IMG/VR virus record: IMGVR_UViG_3300024921_000002
Coordinates: 1 to 41,186 of that record
Length of the DNA: 41,186 nucleotides
Origin: a virus
Strand: one strand, 5' to 3'
This document shows positions 20,231-29,160 of the stretch, piece by piece (within the stretch, counting starts at the first letter, position 1; each line of letters opens with the position of its first letter). The notes below the pieces were generated by a model. That model was not told the DNA's origin and searched no databases. It was given only the letters and a program-made list of their open reading frames with translations. Made by a program: the position numbers and the translations under genes.

Positions 20231-21087
20231 ACTTATCTATCTCATTTAGTGGTGGAAAAACGTCGGCATATATGACTAAGTGGCTGCTTGATAATAAATT
20301 AAACGATTTCGACAACGTTGTTATTACATTTGCAAACACAGGGCAGGAACTTGAGGAAACATTAGAGTTTGTAAATCGCTGTGACAAGGAATGGAATTTA
20401 GGAGTGGTCTGGCTAGAGGCTCTTGTCGATCCAGTGAAAGGAAATGGAACCAAGTTTCGACGCGTGACATTTGAAACAGCATCACGCAATGGTGAGCCAT
20501 TTGAGGAGTATATAAAAAAACATGGTATTCCGAATCAAGCATTCCCGAAATGTACGTCTGAGCTGAAGCTTGCTCCCATGCGTTCATATTTACGGTCATT
20601 GGGTTGGAAAAATGGAACCTATAAAACCGCGATTGGAATCAGGATTGATGAAATGGATCGCGTAAGTTCGAACATGGAAAAAGAAAATCTTATCTACCCA
20701 TTGATTGAATATACAAAGGCAACAAAAGAGATGATTAATCTCTGGTGGGGACGTCAGTCATTTAATCTAAATATCATGGAGCACCAAGGGAATTGTGCAT
20801 GGTGCTGGAAGAAAAGTAAGCGGAAGTTGCTAACCCTAGCTGTTGATACGCCTGAAGTATTTGAATTTCCAATGCGGATGGAAGATCAGTATCGATTTGC
20901 TGGGCCTTGGCAAGATCCAAGTGGAGTTGGACGGCTTTTTTTCAGAAAAAATACCAGCACGAAACAATTGCTGGAAGAATCAAAATTGCCCTTTGAAAGA
21001 TGGAAGCCTGCTGCGGTCAATTTCGACTTATTTAATTATGAGCTTGATTCGGCTGGCGGCTGCTCTGAAAGTTGTGAGGTTTATTAA
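20227..21087 (+). CDS. PP-loop ATP-pyrophosphatase / PAPS-reductase-family protein
   Basis: N-terminal SFSGGKTSAYM PP-loop (SGGKDS-like). Cys clusters GNCAWCWKK and GGCSESCE. Visibly A+T-richer than terS and terL. ATGA overlap with terS. Confidence 0.65.
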   Translation: MNLSISFSGGKTSAYMTKWLLDNKLNDFDNVVITFANTGQELEETLEFVNRCDKEWNLGVVWLEALVDPVKGNGTKFRRVTFETASRNGEPFEEYIKKHGIPNQAFPKCTSELKLAPMRSYLRSLGWKNGTYKTAIGIRIDEMDRVSSNMEKENLIYPLIEYTKATKEMINLWWGRQSFNLNIMEHQGNCAWCWKKSKRKLLTLAVDTPEVFEFPMRMEDQYRFAGPWQDPSGVGRLFFRKNTSTKQLLEESKLPFERWKPAAVNFDLFNYELDSAGGCSESCEVY

Positions 21088-21090
21088 GCT

Positions 21091-23034
21091 ATGCAGGCAC
21101 AATCACAATACAGCAACGCTAGGGAGGTTATCAACACCACCCGCGCCCGCGCCTACGCCCCGCGCAAAACTCAGACCGTGTCCGAATGGGCGGATAAAAA
21201 TATCGTCCTGTCGCGCAAAACCAGTCCTGAGCCTGGCCCGTGGCGAACCGACAGAAACCCGATCCTGCGTGAGCCGATGGATTGTCTGTCGGCCCGCTCG
21301 ACGATACACGAAGTCGTTATCAAATTCCCCATCCAGATCGGTAAAAGCGAGATTGGCCGCAACGCCATCGGCTACTGGATGGATGAAGCGCCCGGCCCAA
21401 TCATGGCCTGCTTCCCGGCAGATGTCAGTATGCAAAAATGGATTAACCAAAAGCTTAATCCCATGCTCGATGATTCGCCAGCGGTAAAAAACGTTATGGT
21501 GTCAACCAACAGCCGCAACGCTGCCAATACCAAAGAGTTTAAGGACTTCTTGGGCGGCCAACTCTATGTCGAGCATGCTGGAGCGCCAGCCCGTTTGAAA
21601 TCGACCTCTGTTAAATACCTGGTCGTCGATGAATTGACCGAATTTGCCAATGCGCTGAAAACAGGTGATGACCCGATGGTCATGCTGGAAGACCGCTATT
21701 CGGCCTTTATCTCTACATACAAGCGGCTGGACATCTCATCGCCCGGCACAAAAGGTATTTGCCGGATCGATGAGCGCTACGAGTTATCAGACCAGCGCCA
21801 TTATCACATGCCGTGCCCGCACTGCCTTGCCGAAATCAACTTCGAATGGTCAGGACTGCAATGGATGCAGGGCGGCAAAAACGTCGTATATGCCTGCCCG
21901 GAATGCGCGTGCATTATTGAAGAGCACCAAAAAACCGACATGATTAAGTCAGGGCGCTGGATTCCTAAATTCCCAGGACGGTCGATTCGCGGCTATACCG
22001 TCAATTGCTTGTATTACCAAATAGGCTTAGGCCCACGCTGGGAAAAACTGGTAGAAATGTGGTTAGGCGTTCAAAACGACCCCGCTAAGTTAAAAACCTT
22101 TGTCAACAGCCGCCTGGCCGAAGCCTGGGAAGACCCATCCATGCGCGCGGTAAAACTCAACGTCATCGCCGACCGCGCCGAACCCTACCGCCTGCGCGTT
22201 GCCCCGCTGGGTGTTTGCGCCGTTACCGCCGGTGTGGATACCCAAGACAACCGCTTGGCCGTGCAAATCGTCGGCTGGGGTAAGGGTATGGCTTGCTGGG
22301 TGCTGGATTACATTGAACTGATGGGCGACCCCGCAGACGATGCCGTCTGGATAGCCTTAACCGACCTGATTAACCGGCCTATCGAACACATCAACGGCCA
22401 CGCCCTGCCGATCCAAGCCACTGCGATCGATGCAGGCGGCCACCGAACCGAAGCCGTCAAAGACTTCGTGCGCCGCCGCATGATCCGCCGCCCGATGGTC
22501 ATCTTTGGCGCCGTACCCAACAACGCACCGGTGCTGTCCCGGCCCAAAGCCCAAGACGTCAACTGGAAAGGCCAATACAACAAACGCGGCGTGATGATCC
22601 AGCATGTCGGCACCGTCGCGGTTAAAAATGTCCTATTCGGGCGCATGAGCACTGACGGTGATAAAGACAACGCGGCCCGGCTGCTACATTTTTCCGAAGA
22701 TTTGCCGCGCGAATACTTCACCGGCATCGTCTCCGAAACCTTTAACCCCCGCACCAATCGCTTCGAGACTAAGCGCGGTGCACGTAACGAATCGCTGGAC
22801 ACGCTGGTTTACGCCTACGCCGCTGCCCATCACCATGAATTGCGCCTGCACCTGCATACCGCTGCTAAGTGGGATGAGTTGGGGGCAAAGCTGGCGGTGG
22901 TGTCGAGCGATGAGTATAGGCGCTTGCAAGCAGAGGCCGCCATAGTGGCGCAGCAACCAGCACCGCTGCCGCCACCTAAAAAGCCAGCAAAATCCAATCA
23001 GTTAACTTCAAATGCATGGAGCTCCAGACTATGA
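21091..23034 (+). CDS. terL: Terminase large subunit, GpA (lambda) family
   Basis: 647 aa. VSEWADKNIVLSRKTSPEPGPWRTDRNPILREPMD..., FPIQIGKSE, LVVDELTEF and the zinc-finger-like CPHC...CPECAC are all typical of the GpA family. Confidence 0.85.
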   Translation: MQAQSQYSNAREVINTTRARAYAPRKTQTVSEWADKNIVLSRKTSPEPGPWRTDRNPILREPMDCLSARSTIHEVVIKFPIQIGKSEIGRNAIGYWMDEAPGPIMACFPADVSMQKWINQKLNPMLDDSPAVKNVMVSTNSRNAANTKEFKDFLGGQLYVEHAGAPARLKSTSVKYLVVDELTEFANALKTGDDPMVMLEDRYSAFISTYKRLDISSPGTKGICRIDERYELSDQRHYHMPCPHCLAEINFEWSGLQWMQGGKNVVYACPECACIIEEHQKTDMIKSGRWIPKFPGRSIRGYTVNCLYYQIGLGPRWEKLVEMWLGVQNDPAKLKTFVNSRLAEAWEDPSMRAVKLNVIADRAEPYRLRVAPLGVCAVTAGVDTQDNRLAVQIVGWGKGMACWVLDYIELMGDPADDAVWIALTDLINRPIEHINGHALPIQATAIDAGGHRTEAVKDFVRRRMIRRPMVIFGAVPNNAPVLSRPKAQDVNWKGQYNKRGVMIQHVGTVAVKNVLFGRMSTDGDKDNAARLLHFSEDLPREYFTGIVSETFNPRTNRFETKRGARNESLDTLVYAYAAAHHHELRLHLHTAAKWDELGAKLAVVSSDEYRRLQAEAAIVAQQPAPLPPPKKPAKSNQLTSNAWSSRL

Positions 23035-23312
23035 GTGTATCAGACCATATTGCCGCAGCATTGCGGCGCGATGTTCATGAAGCGCTGCAAAGCTCAATCG
23101 GCTTTAAAGACGACATCGCTGAATCGCTGGCGGCCGCAGTAGTCAAAAAGATTCAACAACGCTGGGGCGGGCGTGAGGTATATATATCAGTTGCCGACGA
23201 TAGCATTGAGCGCAATGTGGCGATAAAGCAGGAATTTAACGGCAGTAATCATGCCGAAATTTGCAGCCGGTACAATATCAGCTTAAGTACGCTGTATCGG
23301 ATTATTAGGTAG
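23031..23312 (+). CDS. mor: Mor/C-family transcriptional activator
   Basis: AVVKKIQQRWGGREVYISVADDSIERNVAIKQEFNGSNHAEICSRYNISLSTLYRIIR is collinear with Mu Mor (..ICKHLGGGQVYIPRG...IRDLRIWNDFNGRNVSELTTRYGVTFNTVYKAIRR). ATGA overlap with the terL stop. Confidence 0.75.
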   Translation: MSVSDHIAAALRRDVHEALQSSIGFKDDIAESLAAAVVKKIQQRWGGREVYISVADDSIERNVAIKQEFNGSNHAEICSRYNISLSTLYRIIR

Positions 23313-23417
23313 CCAGTCGAACTAGCCGATCTCGGTAATCCTACCTATAGACACATCCTAAAAAATATTGTCACGTTTTCCGGTGAAATGACACAAACAA
23401 GCTGATGTAATCTACCC

Positions 23418-23633
23418 ATGACTACATCAGCCGAAATGCTCGCCAAATACACCGCCGCCGAAGCCGCCATTCTGGACGGCCAAATTGTGCAATTTGGTGA
23501 GCGCAAATTAACGCGAGCTAATCTATTAGAAGTCCAGCAGGGCCGCAGGGAATGGCAACAGCGCGTTAATGCAGAGGCCAGAATCAACGCAGGCGGCACC
23601 TCGCCGCGCTTCCAAACACCGGATTTTCGCTAA
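23418..23633 (+). CDS. gpW-like head-tail joining (head completion) protein
   Basis: 71 aa, lying between terL and a lambda-type portal as in lambda. It shows the ..AEAAILDGQIVQFGERKLTRANLLEVQQ.. pattern. No obvious SD. Confidence 0.55.
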   Translation: MTTSAEMLAKYTAAEAAILDGQIVQFGERKLTRANLLEVQQGRREWQQRVNAEARINAGGTSPRFQTPDFR

Positions 23634-25144
23634 TGAATCCGCTGGACTACGTCATCTCCGCTATTTCCCCTGAAAAAGGTTTGCGTCGTATGCAAGCCCG
23701 TCGGGTGATGGCCGCATATGAAGCCGCAAAGCCTACCGTACTGCGCAAGCAAAGCCGGGATTCCGGCAGCGGTGATCGAGTGGTCAGACAAGCCGGGCCA
23801 AACCTGCGCAACCAAGCGCGATACCTGGACGAGAATCACGATTTAGCTGACGGCGTTTTAACGGCGCTGGTCAATAACGTCGTCGGCGCCAACGGCATCG
23901 GCATAGAACCGCAGCCGCGCACTATCGGCGGCGAAATCCACGATGAATTAGCCGATGAATTATTGCGGCTCTGGAAAGACTGGTGTCGCAAGCCCGAATG
24001 CACTTTTTCCACTGACTGGGCAGGCGCTCAACGACTGCTGTGCCGCAGCTGGGTACGTGATGGCGAGGTGATGACAAAATCATTAGTCGGCACCGTACCT
24101 CATCTGGATCACGGCACTGTTGTTAAATTTACCCTGGAAATGCTTGAAGCGGATATGTGCCCGCTTATTTATGATGATCCTTCCAAAAGAATCGTTCAAG
24201 GCATACAAAGAAACGCTTGGGGCGCGGCAATCAATTATTACCTTTACCTAAACCACCCCGGCGACATCAGCGTTTATAACTCGCTTGCGCTTAGCCTAAA
24301 GCCGGTCAGTGCAGATCTAATTAATCATTTGCGTCTGCGTAAGCGCCTTAGCCAATTTCGCGGCGTGACGGTTTTTGCCTCAGTCATGACCCGGCTTGAT
24401 GACATTAAAGATTACGAAGAATCCGAGCGCATCGCTGCCAAGATCGCTGCCTCAATGGCTGCCTATATCAAAAAAGGTCAGCCGGAAATGTACGACCCCG
24501 AAAAGCCGGGCGAGGCAAGATCGTTAAGATTTAGTCCCGGCATGGTATTTGATGACCTGATGATCGGCGAAGAGATCGGCACGATTGATACCAACCGTCC
24601 GAACCCGCAATTGATTGAGTTCCGCAAAGGCCAGCTCCGTGCTGTTGCTGCCGGAACCGGCGCCAACTACTCCACTGTCGCCCGTTGCTACGACGGCACT
24701 TATTCCAGCCAGCGCCAAGAATTGATTGAGGGCTGGGCAAATTACCAAGTACTGACCTCTGAGTTTATCGCGGGCATGGTGCAGCCAACCTGGGAAACCT
24801 TTGTAAAAATGGCGGTGCTGGATGGCTTGGTTAAAGTCCCGGTCGACATAGACCCGCTGACTCTGGATGACGCGCTGTTTATCGGCCCCTCTATGCCCTG
24901 GATTGATCCATTGAAAGAGGTCAAAGGCAACGTTGAAGCAGAACGGGCAGGGTACATCTCCGGCCCCGAAGTGATTCGCAAGCGTGGCGGCAACCCACGC
25001 GACGTACGCGAGCAGTCAGCCCGCTGGCGCAGACAATTAAAATCAAACGGCTTGATCAGCTCCGCCGATCCAGCCAATGACAAACAACCCGGAGCAGCCA
25101 ATACCGCCTCCAGCGATAACCAACAAGGAGTCTCTAATGGCTAA
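23633..25144 (+). CDS. Portal protein, lambda family
   Basis: 503 aa, in the position after gpW. The N-terminal RRM.AR....YEAA....LR..........D and a basic, charged C-terminus are typical of lambda-B-type portals. Confidence 0.8.
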   Translation: MNPLDYVISAISPEKGLRRMQARRVMAAYEAAKPTVLRKQSRDSGSGDRVVRQAGPNLRNQARYLDENHDLADGVLTALVNNVVGANGIGIEPQPRTIGGEIHDELADELLRLWKDWCRKPECTFSTDWAGAQRLLCRSWVRDGEVMTKSLVGTVPHLDHGTVVKFTLEMLEADMCPLIYDDPSKRIVQGIQRNAWGAAINYYLYLNHPGDISVYNSLALSLKPVSADLINHLRLRKRLSQFRGVTVFASVMTRLDDIKDYEESERIAAKIAASMAAYIKKGQPEMYDPEKPGEARSLRFSPGMVFDDLMIGEEIGTIDTNRPNPQLIEFRKGQLRAVAAGTGANYSTVARCYDGTYSSQRQELIEGWANYQVLTSEFIAGMVQPTWETFVKMAVLDGLVKVPVDIDPLTLDDALFIGPSMPWIDPLKEVKGNVEAERAGYISGPEVIRKRGGNPRDVREQSARWRRQLKSNGLISSADPANDKQPGAANTASSDNQQGVSNG

Positions 25145-27194
25145 ATGGTACGAAATCAAAGCCAAAGGCAATAAAGCCGCTGAAATCAATATCTATGGCG
25201 ACATCGGCGAAAGCTGGTGGGGCGAATCCATTACCGCTAAGAGTTTTGTAACCGATTTGGCGGCACTGGATGTAGAAACCCTAACCGTCCGCATTAACAG
25301 CTATGGCGGCTCTGTATCTGATGGTATCGCTATTTATAACGCAATCAAGCGCCACAAAGCCAGCACTACCGTAGCTATTGATGGCGTAGCGGTCAGTATA
25401 GCGTCATTGATTGCAATGGCAGGCGACACTGTGGAAATGGCCGACAACGCACTGATGATGATCCATGCCCCGTGGGCATCGACATCGGGCAACGCAGCAG
25501 ACCTGCGTGAAGCTGCTGACGTGTTGGATAAATACGCTACGGCGATGAGCAGCAGTTATGTCGATAAGACCGGTAAGACTGTCGAAGCAGTGATGGGTTG
25601 GTTAACCGATGGCATCGACCACTGGTTTACCGCGTCAGAGGCCAAGGCAGAAGGTCTGGTTAGTACCGTCACCGCTGCTTTGCCGGTGTCTGCACAATTT
25701 AATTTAAACCGCTTTAAAACCATTCCGGCAGCCGCTGGGATTTTTATAAAACCGTTAAACCAGGAAAGCACCATGACTCCAGAAGAAATAGCAGCGGCAG
25801 CAAAAGCAAAAGCCGATGCCGACGCAAGGGCGGCAGGAACAGTTAATCAGCCTGCAGATCCACAGTCCAGCGAGGCTGAGATTAAAGCGCGAGTATTGGC
25901 AGCAGAAAACCTGCGCCGTACCGACATCAGCGCAAAATTTCAGCCTTTTGCAAAAATGGCGGGGGTATCCGATCTGATGACTCAATGCAGCAATGACAGC
26001 AATATCGATGTCCATGCAGCGGTTGAAAAACTGCACTTGCTACTGGGTAAAGACTTGTCGCCCACTGCGGCAAATTTTAACCATCGCATAGAAACCGGCG
26101 AATCCGATAACGAAAAATTCGCCAAAGGCGTAGGGCAGGCCATCATGGCTCGATGCGGCGTTGAAAAGCACGATCCGCAGAATGAATACCGTCGACATAG
26201 GCTTGAGGACATTGCCGCCGCGAGTCTTGAGCGTTCAGGTCGTAGCGTAAAAGGCATGGACAGAATAAGCATGGTTAAGGCTGCTTTATCCATGCGTCCA
26301 GTCGCATACGGGCAGACTACCAGTGACTTACCTGTATTGCTTGAAAACGTCATGCACCGCATGTTATTGGCGGCTTACGGCATTACGCCTGACACCTGGA
26401 CACGGTTTTGCAAACAAGGCACCGTCTCAGACTTTAGGGATTGGCTACGCTTACGTACCGGCTCAATCGGTGACATTCAAGATGTTAACGAGGCAGGGGA
26501 ATACCAACATCTTTCTTTGCCGGATGCGAAAAAAGAAAGCATCAGCGCTACCCGCAAAGGCGCAATTATCAGCATTACGCCTGAAGTCATTATCAACGAT
26601 GACATTGGCTTTATTTCCGACATGACATCCATGCTGGGCCGTGCAGCTAAACGCACCATCGAAAACCGCGTTTATGCGTTACTGGTATCCAATCCGGTGT
26701 TGAATGACGGCGTACAATTGTTTCATGCTACTCATAAAAACCTTGCAGGAACTGCCGCTGCTCCATCGGTCGCCTCATTATCAACCGGAAAAACCGCGAT
26801 GATGAAGCAAAAAGACATCAGCGGTAAGGACTTTCTGGATATTCGCCCCGGCATTTGGGTCGGCGGCATATCAAACGCCGAAGAGGTGCGCGTACTCATT
26901 GACGCTAAATACGATCCCGATACCACAGGCAATCTGGAGCGTCCGAACAAGATCAGAGGTATGGTCAGCGATGTTGTCGATACGCCGCGTATCGATGGCG
27001 ATGAGTGGTATTTGTTCGCCAATCCCGCTATCGCCCCAGTGATTGAGGTTGTCTTTCTTGACGGCCAATCTGAGCCGATTCTGGCAATGGAAGAGAATTT
27101 CACCACTGCTGGACTGAGTTACCGTGTCGAACATCCCTCCGGCGTCGGTGCAATCGGTTTTGAGGGCGCTTACAAAAACGCCGGCACTCATTAA
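25137..27194 (+). CDS. Prohead (ClpP/S14-like) protease - scaffold linker - major capsid protein fusion
   Basis: Start reset to the ATG at 25137, with AAGGAG 6 nt upstream. The protease part shows INSYGGSV, AVSIASLIAMAGD and MMIHAPW. An Ala/Lys-rich linker follows. The C-terminal part of about 400 aa is capsid-like and ends ..EWYLFANPAIAPVIEVVFLDG...GFEGAYKNAG. Confidence 0.75.
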   Translation: MAKWYEIKAKGNKAAEINIYGDIGESWWGESITAKSFVTDLAALDVETLTVRINSYGGSVSDGIAIYNAIKRHKASTTVAIDGVAVSIASLIAMAGDTVEMADNALMMIHAPWASTSGNAADLREAADVLDKYATAMSSSYVDKTGKTVEAVMGWLTDGIDHWFTASEAKAEGLVSTVTAALPVSAQFNLNRFKTIPAAAGIFIKPLNQESTMTPEEIAAAAKAKADADARAAGTVNQPADPQSSEAEIKARVLAAENLRRTDISAKFQPFAKMAGVSDLMTQCSNDSNIDVHAAVEKLHLLLGKDLSPTAANFNHRIETGESDNEKFAKGVGQAIMARCGVEKHDPQNEYRRHRLEDIAAASLERSGRSVKGMDRISMVKAALSMRPVAYGQTTSDLPVLLENVMHRMLLAAYGITPDTWTRFCKQGTVSDFRDWLRLRTGSIGDIQDVNEAGEYQHLSLPDAKKESISATRKGAIISITPEVIINDDIGFISDMTSMLGRAAKRTIENRVYALLVSNPVLNDGVQLFHATHKNLAGTAAAPSVASLSTGKTAMMKQKDISGKDFLDIRPGIWVGGISNAEEVRVLIDAKYDPDTTGNLERPNKIRGMVSDVVDTPRIDGDEWYLFANPAIAPVIEVVFLDGQSEPILAMEENFTTAGLSYRVEHPSGVGAIGFEGAYKNAGTH

Positions 27195-27254
27195 TTCAGA
27201 ATGGCGGCTCTATAACGGGTCGCCCTTATCAACCTACAGAATATAGGCGCTAAC

Positions 27255-27926
27255 ATGGCTAGGAATTATGTAAAACCCGGTGACGTCACCGACTACACCA
27301 ATAACACTGCCGCTGTTATTTTAAGCGGTGATCCTGTTGCTATCGGCAATCAACAAATAGGCATTGCCCTGGTTGATATTGCCATCGGTGCAACCGGATC
27401 AGTTGCAAAAGAAGGTATTTTCTTACTGGCAAAAAACATCGGCGAAGCTGTCACTCAAGGCCAGAAACTCTGGTGGGACCCAACGGCAAAAGAAGTCATC
27501 AACGCCCCTGCGCTTAATGCCTACTTTATCGGCTATGCAGACAAAGCTGAACTGGCAGCGACTGCAACCGTGCATGTTGATCTTGAAGAATTCATCGAAG
27601 AAGGCCCTCGCACCTTAACCCTGGCAGCAACAGGCGCAAAAACGCTGAATGTCGGTGACTTTGCCAGCGGCGACTTAACAGTGCTGGCCCCAAACACAGC
27701 TGCACAGACTGTCAGCCTTGCCAGCGTAGCAACCATCCCGCCTGGCGCTAAATTGACCGTTAAAAAAACCTCGGCCGACGCCTTTGCGGTAACGCTTGAC
27801 CCTGCTGGAGCAGAAACAATTGCAGGCGGAGCAACTTTCGCAACGATTGATGCGGCAAATGATTTAGGCCAGTTCGTGTCGACCGGGGCGGCGTGGGTAT
27901 TGATTCACTCGGTTATTGCGGCTTAA
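27255..27926 (+). CDS. DUF2190-type head decoration / capsid cement protein with C-terminal extension
   Basis: MARNYVKPGDVTDYTN...SGDPVAIGNQQIGIALVDIAIGATGSVAKEGIF..LAK...GQKLWWD is the DUF2190 pattern. It sits immediately after the capsid gene. Confidence 0.6.
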   Translation: MARNYVKPGDVTDYTNNTAAVILSGDPVAIGNQQIGIALVDIAIGATGSVAKEGIFLLAKNIGEAVTQGQKLWWDPTAKEVINAPALNAYFIGYADKAELAATATVHVDLEEFIEEGPRTLTLAATGAKTLNVGDFASGDLTVLAPNTAAQTVSLASVATIPPGAKLTVKKTSADAFAVTLDPAGAETIAGGATFATIDAANDLGQFVSTGAAWVLIHSVIAA

Positions 27927-27928
27927 TC

Positions 27929-28108
27929 ATGTTTAGCAAAATCGGCATAGACTGGACTCAGCGCACAACAAGGCTTGGCGCAGTGACCTTAATCGTCGCT
28001 GCCTTTGCTCTGGTGTTTATCTGTCTGGGTCAGCTTGAAAAAGCAGTTGCCGTTATAAGTTTAGCCAGCACCGTTGCTTGGGCGATTGGTTTCGCGGTGA
28101 AAGACTGA
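27929..28108 (+). CDS. Small two-TM membrane protein (holin/antiholin candidate)
   Basis: 59 aa with TM segments LGAVTLIVAAFALVFICLG and AVAVISLASTVAWAIGFAV. It lies directly upstream of the spanin pair. Confidence 0.45.
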   Translation: MFSKIGIDWTQRTTRLGAVTLIVAAFALVFICLGQLEKAVAVISLASTVAWAIGFAVKD

Positions 28109-28602
28109 TGCCGCCTATTCTGGTTTTCATAGTAGCGGCGTTTATTTCCGGACTAGGGATCGGTGGTTTTTCTGCGCATAAGATAGATAGCGCCAAAATA
28201 GACCGCATAGAGCTTGCGCTTCAAGTACAAAAAACCGAAGCGCAAGCACTTCTGTCCAGCGCACAGTCCCGCATTGCCGAGTCCGAAAAAAACGCTATTT
28301 TTGTCAACCAACAACTGGATAAATCCCATGAAACAGCGATTAACAGTATCAACACTTTGCATGACTCTTTTGCTGCTGTCAGGTTGCGCGACCCCGGACG
28401 TCGGCAAGGTAGTCATTGCCCCGTGCCAGCAGGTACAGGTGCCGGAAAGTCTAAAGACGAAGCCGATAGCGCCGAACTTTCAACAGAGCTTACAGGATTT
28501 CTTGTCGATCAAGCCTACCACGCCGACACCATAGCCGCCTATGCAGCGGCCTGTTACCAATTTGTAGAAACTAACTGCGGAATATCAGTTCCTCAGCAAT
28601 GA
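28108..28602 (+). CDS. i-spanin (Rz-like)
   Basis: An N-terminal TM segment (MPPILVFIVAAFISGLGIGGF) is followed by a coiled-coil-like periplasmic part. It contains an embedded lipoprotein ORF in the +1 frame. Confidence 0.7.
   Translation: MPPILVFIVAAFISGLGIGGFSAHKIDSAKIDRIELALQVQKTEAQALLSSAQSRIAESEKNAIFVNQQLDKSHETAINSINTLHDSFAAVRLRDPGRRQGSHCPVPAGTGAGKSKDEADSAELSTELTGFLVDQAYHADTIAAYAAACYQFVETNCGISVPQQ
28328..28534 (+). CDS. o-spanin (Rz1-like lipoprotein), fully embedded in the i-spanin gene
   Basis: MKQRLTVSTLCMTLLLLSG|CATPD has a lipobox (LSGC). The mature part is short and Pro-rich and carries an extra Cys. The ATG is at 28328. Confidence 0.7.
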   Translation: MKQRLTVSTLCMTLLLLSGCATPDVGKVVIAPCQQVQVPESLKTKPIAPNFQQSLQDFLSIKPTTPTP

Positions 28603-28618
28603 AAACGCATAGTCACCT

Positions 28619-28960
28619 ATGGAAAAGATGATGCCCGAAAAAGATCCGCTTTCATACTCGCTAATCACCTATGCCTGGGTGTTCGGAATATCGCTATTCG
28701 GTGGTCTTGCCGGATATTTTCGTAAAGTAAAAAGCGGATTGATCAGTCGGTTTTCGTTGATTGAATTGGTTGGTGAAATGTTTATAAGCGCCTTTGTTGG
28801 CGTAATGACCTTTTATTTGTGCGAGTGGGCCGATATACCGGGTCCATTGGCCGCCGCTTTAATCGGCATCGCTTCTCACATGGGCAGCCGGGCAATCTTT
28901 ATATTTGAAACCGCGGCTGATAAGGCATTTCAGCGGTTTGTTAATGTTGGAAAGCTATGA
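28619..28960 (+). CDS. LydA-like holin (holin superfamily III)
   Basis: MPEKDPLS...GLAGYFRKVKSG...VGEMFISAFVGVMTFYL...AALIGIASHMGSRAIF is collinear with P1 LydA (MPEKHDLL...YLRGRYNGG...). The start could be 28619, 28628 or 28631. Confidence 0.55.
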   Translation: MEKMMPEKDPLSYSLITYAWVFGISLFGGLAGYFRKVKSGLISRFSLIELVGEMFISAFVGVMTFYLCEWADIPGPLAAALIGIASHMGSRAIFIFETAADKAFQRFVNVGKL

Positions 28961-29160
28961 CAGGCATCATCGACCAAGCCAACGACTACGCTGAAAAGGA
29001 GCGCCAAATCGCCATAGCCAACCGCATCCCGTTTACGCTGGATGCCGGCAAGCCCGGCGCCTGCGACTTTTGCGGGGAATGGTTTGGTCGATTGGTAGAC
29101 GGCGCATGCGTGCCGTGCCGTCATAAGCATGAAAAAAGGGGCAGTCGTGGACGGATTTAG
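28957..29160 (+). CDS. TraR/DksA-family C4 zinc-finger protein
   Basis: 67 aa with CDFCGEWF...GACVPCRHKHE. Confidence 0.6.
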   Translation: MTGIIDQANDYAEKERQIAIANRIPFTLDAGKPGACDFCGEWFGRLVDGACVPCRHKHEKRGSRGRI

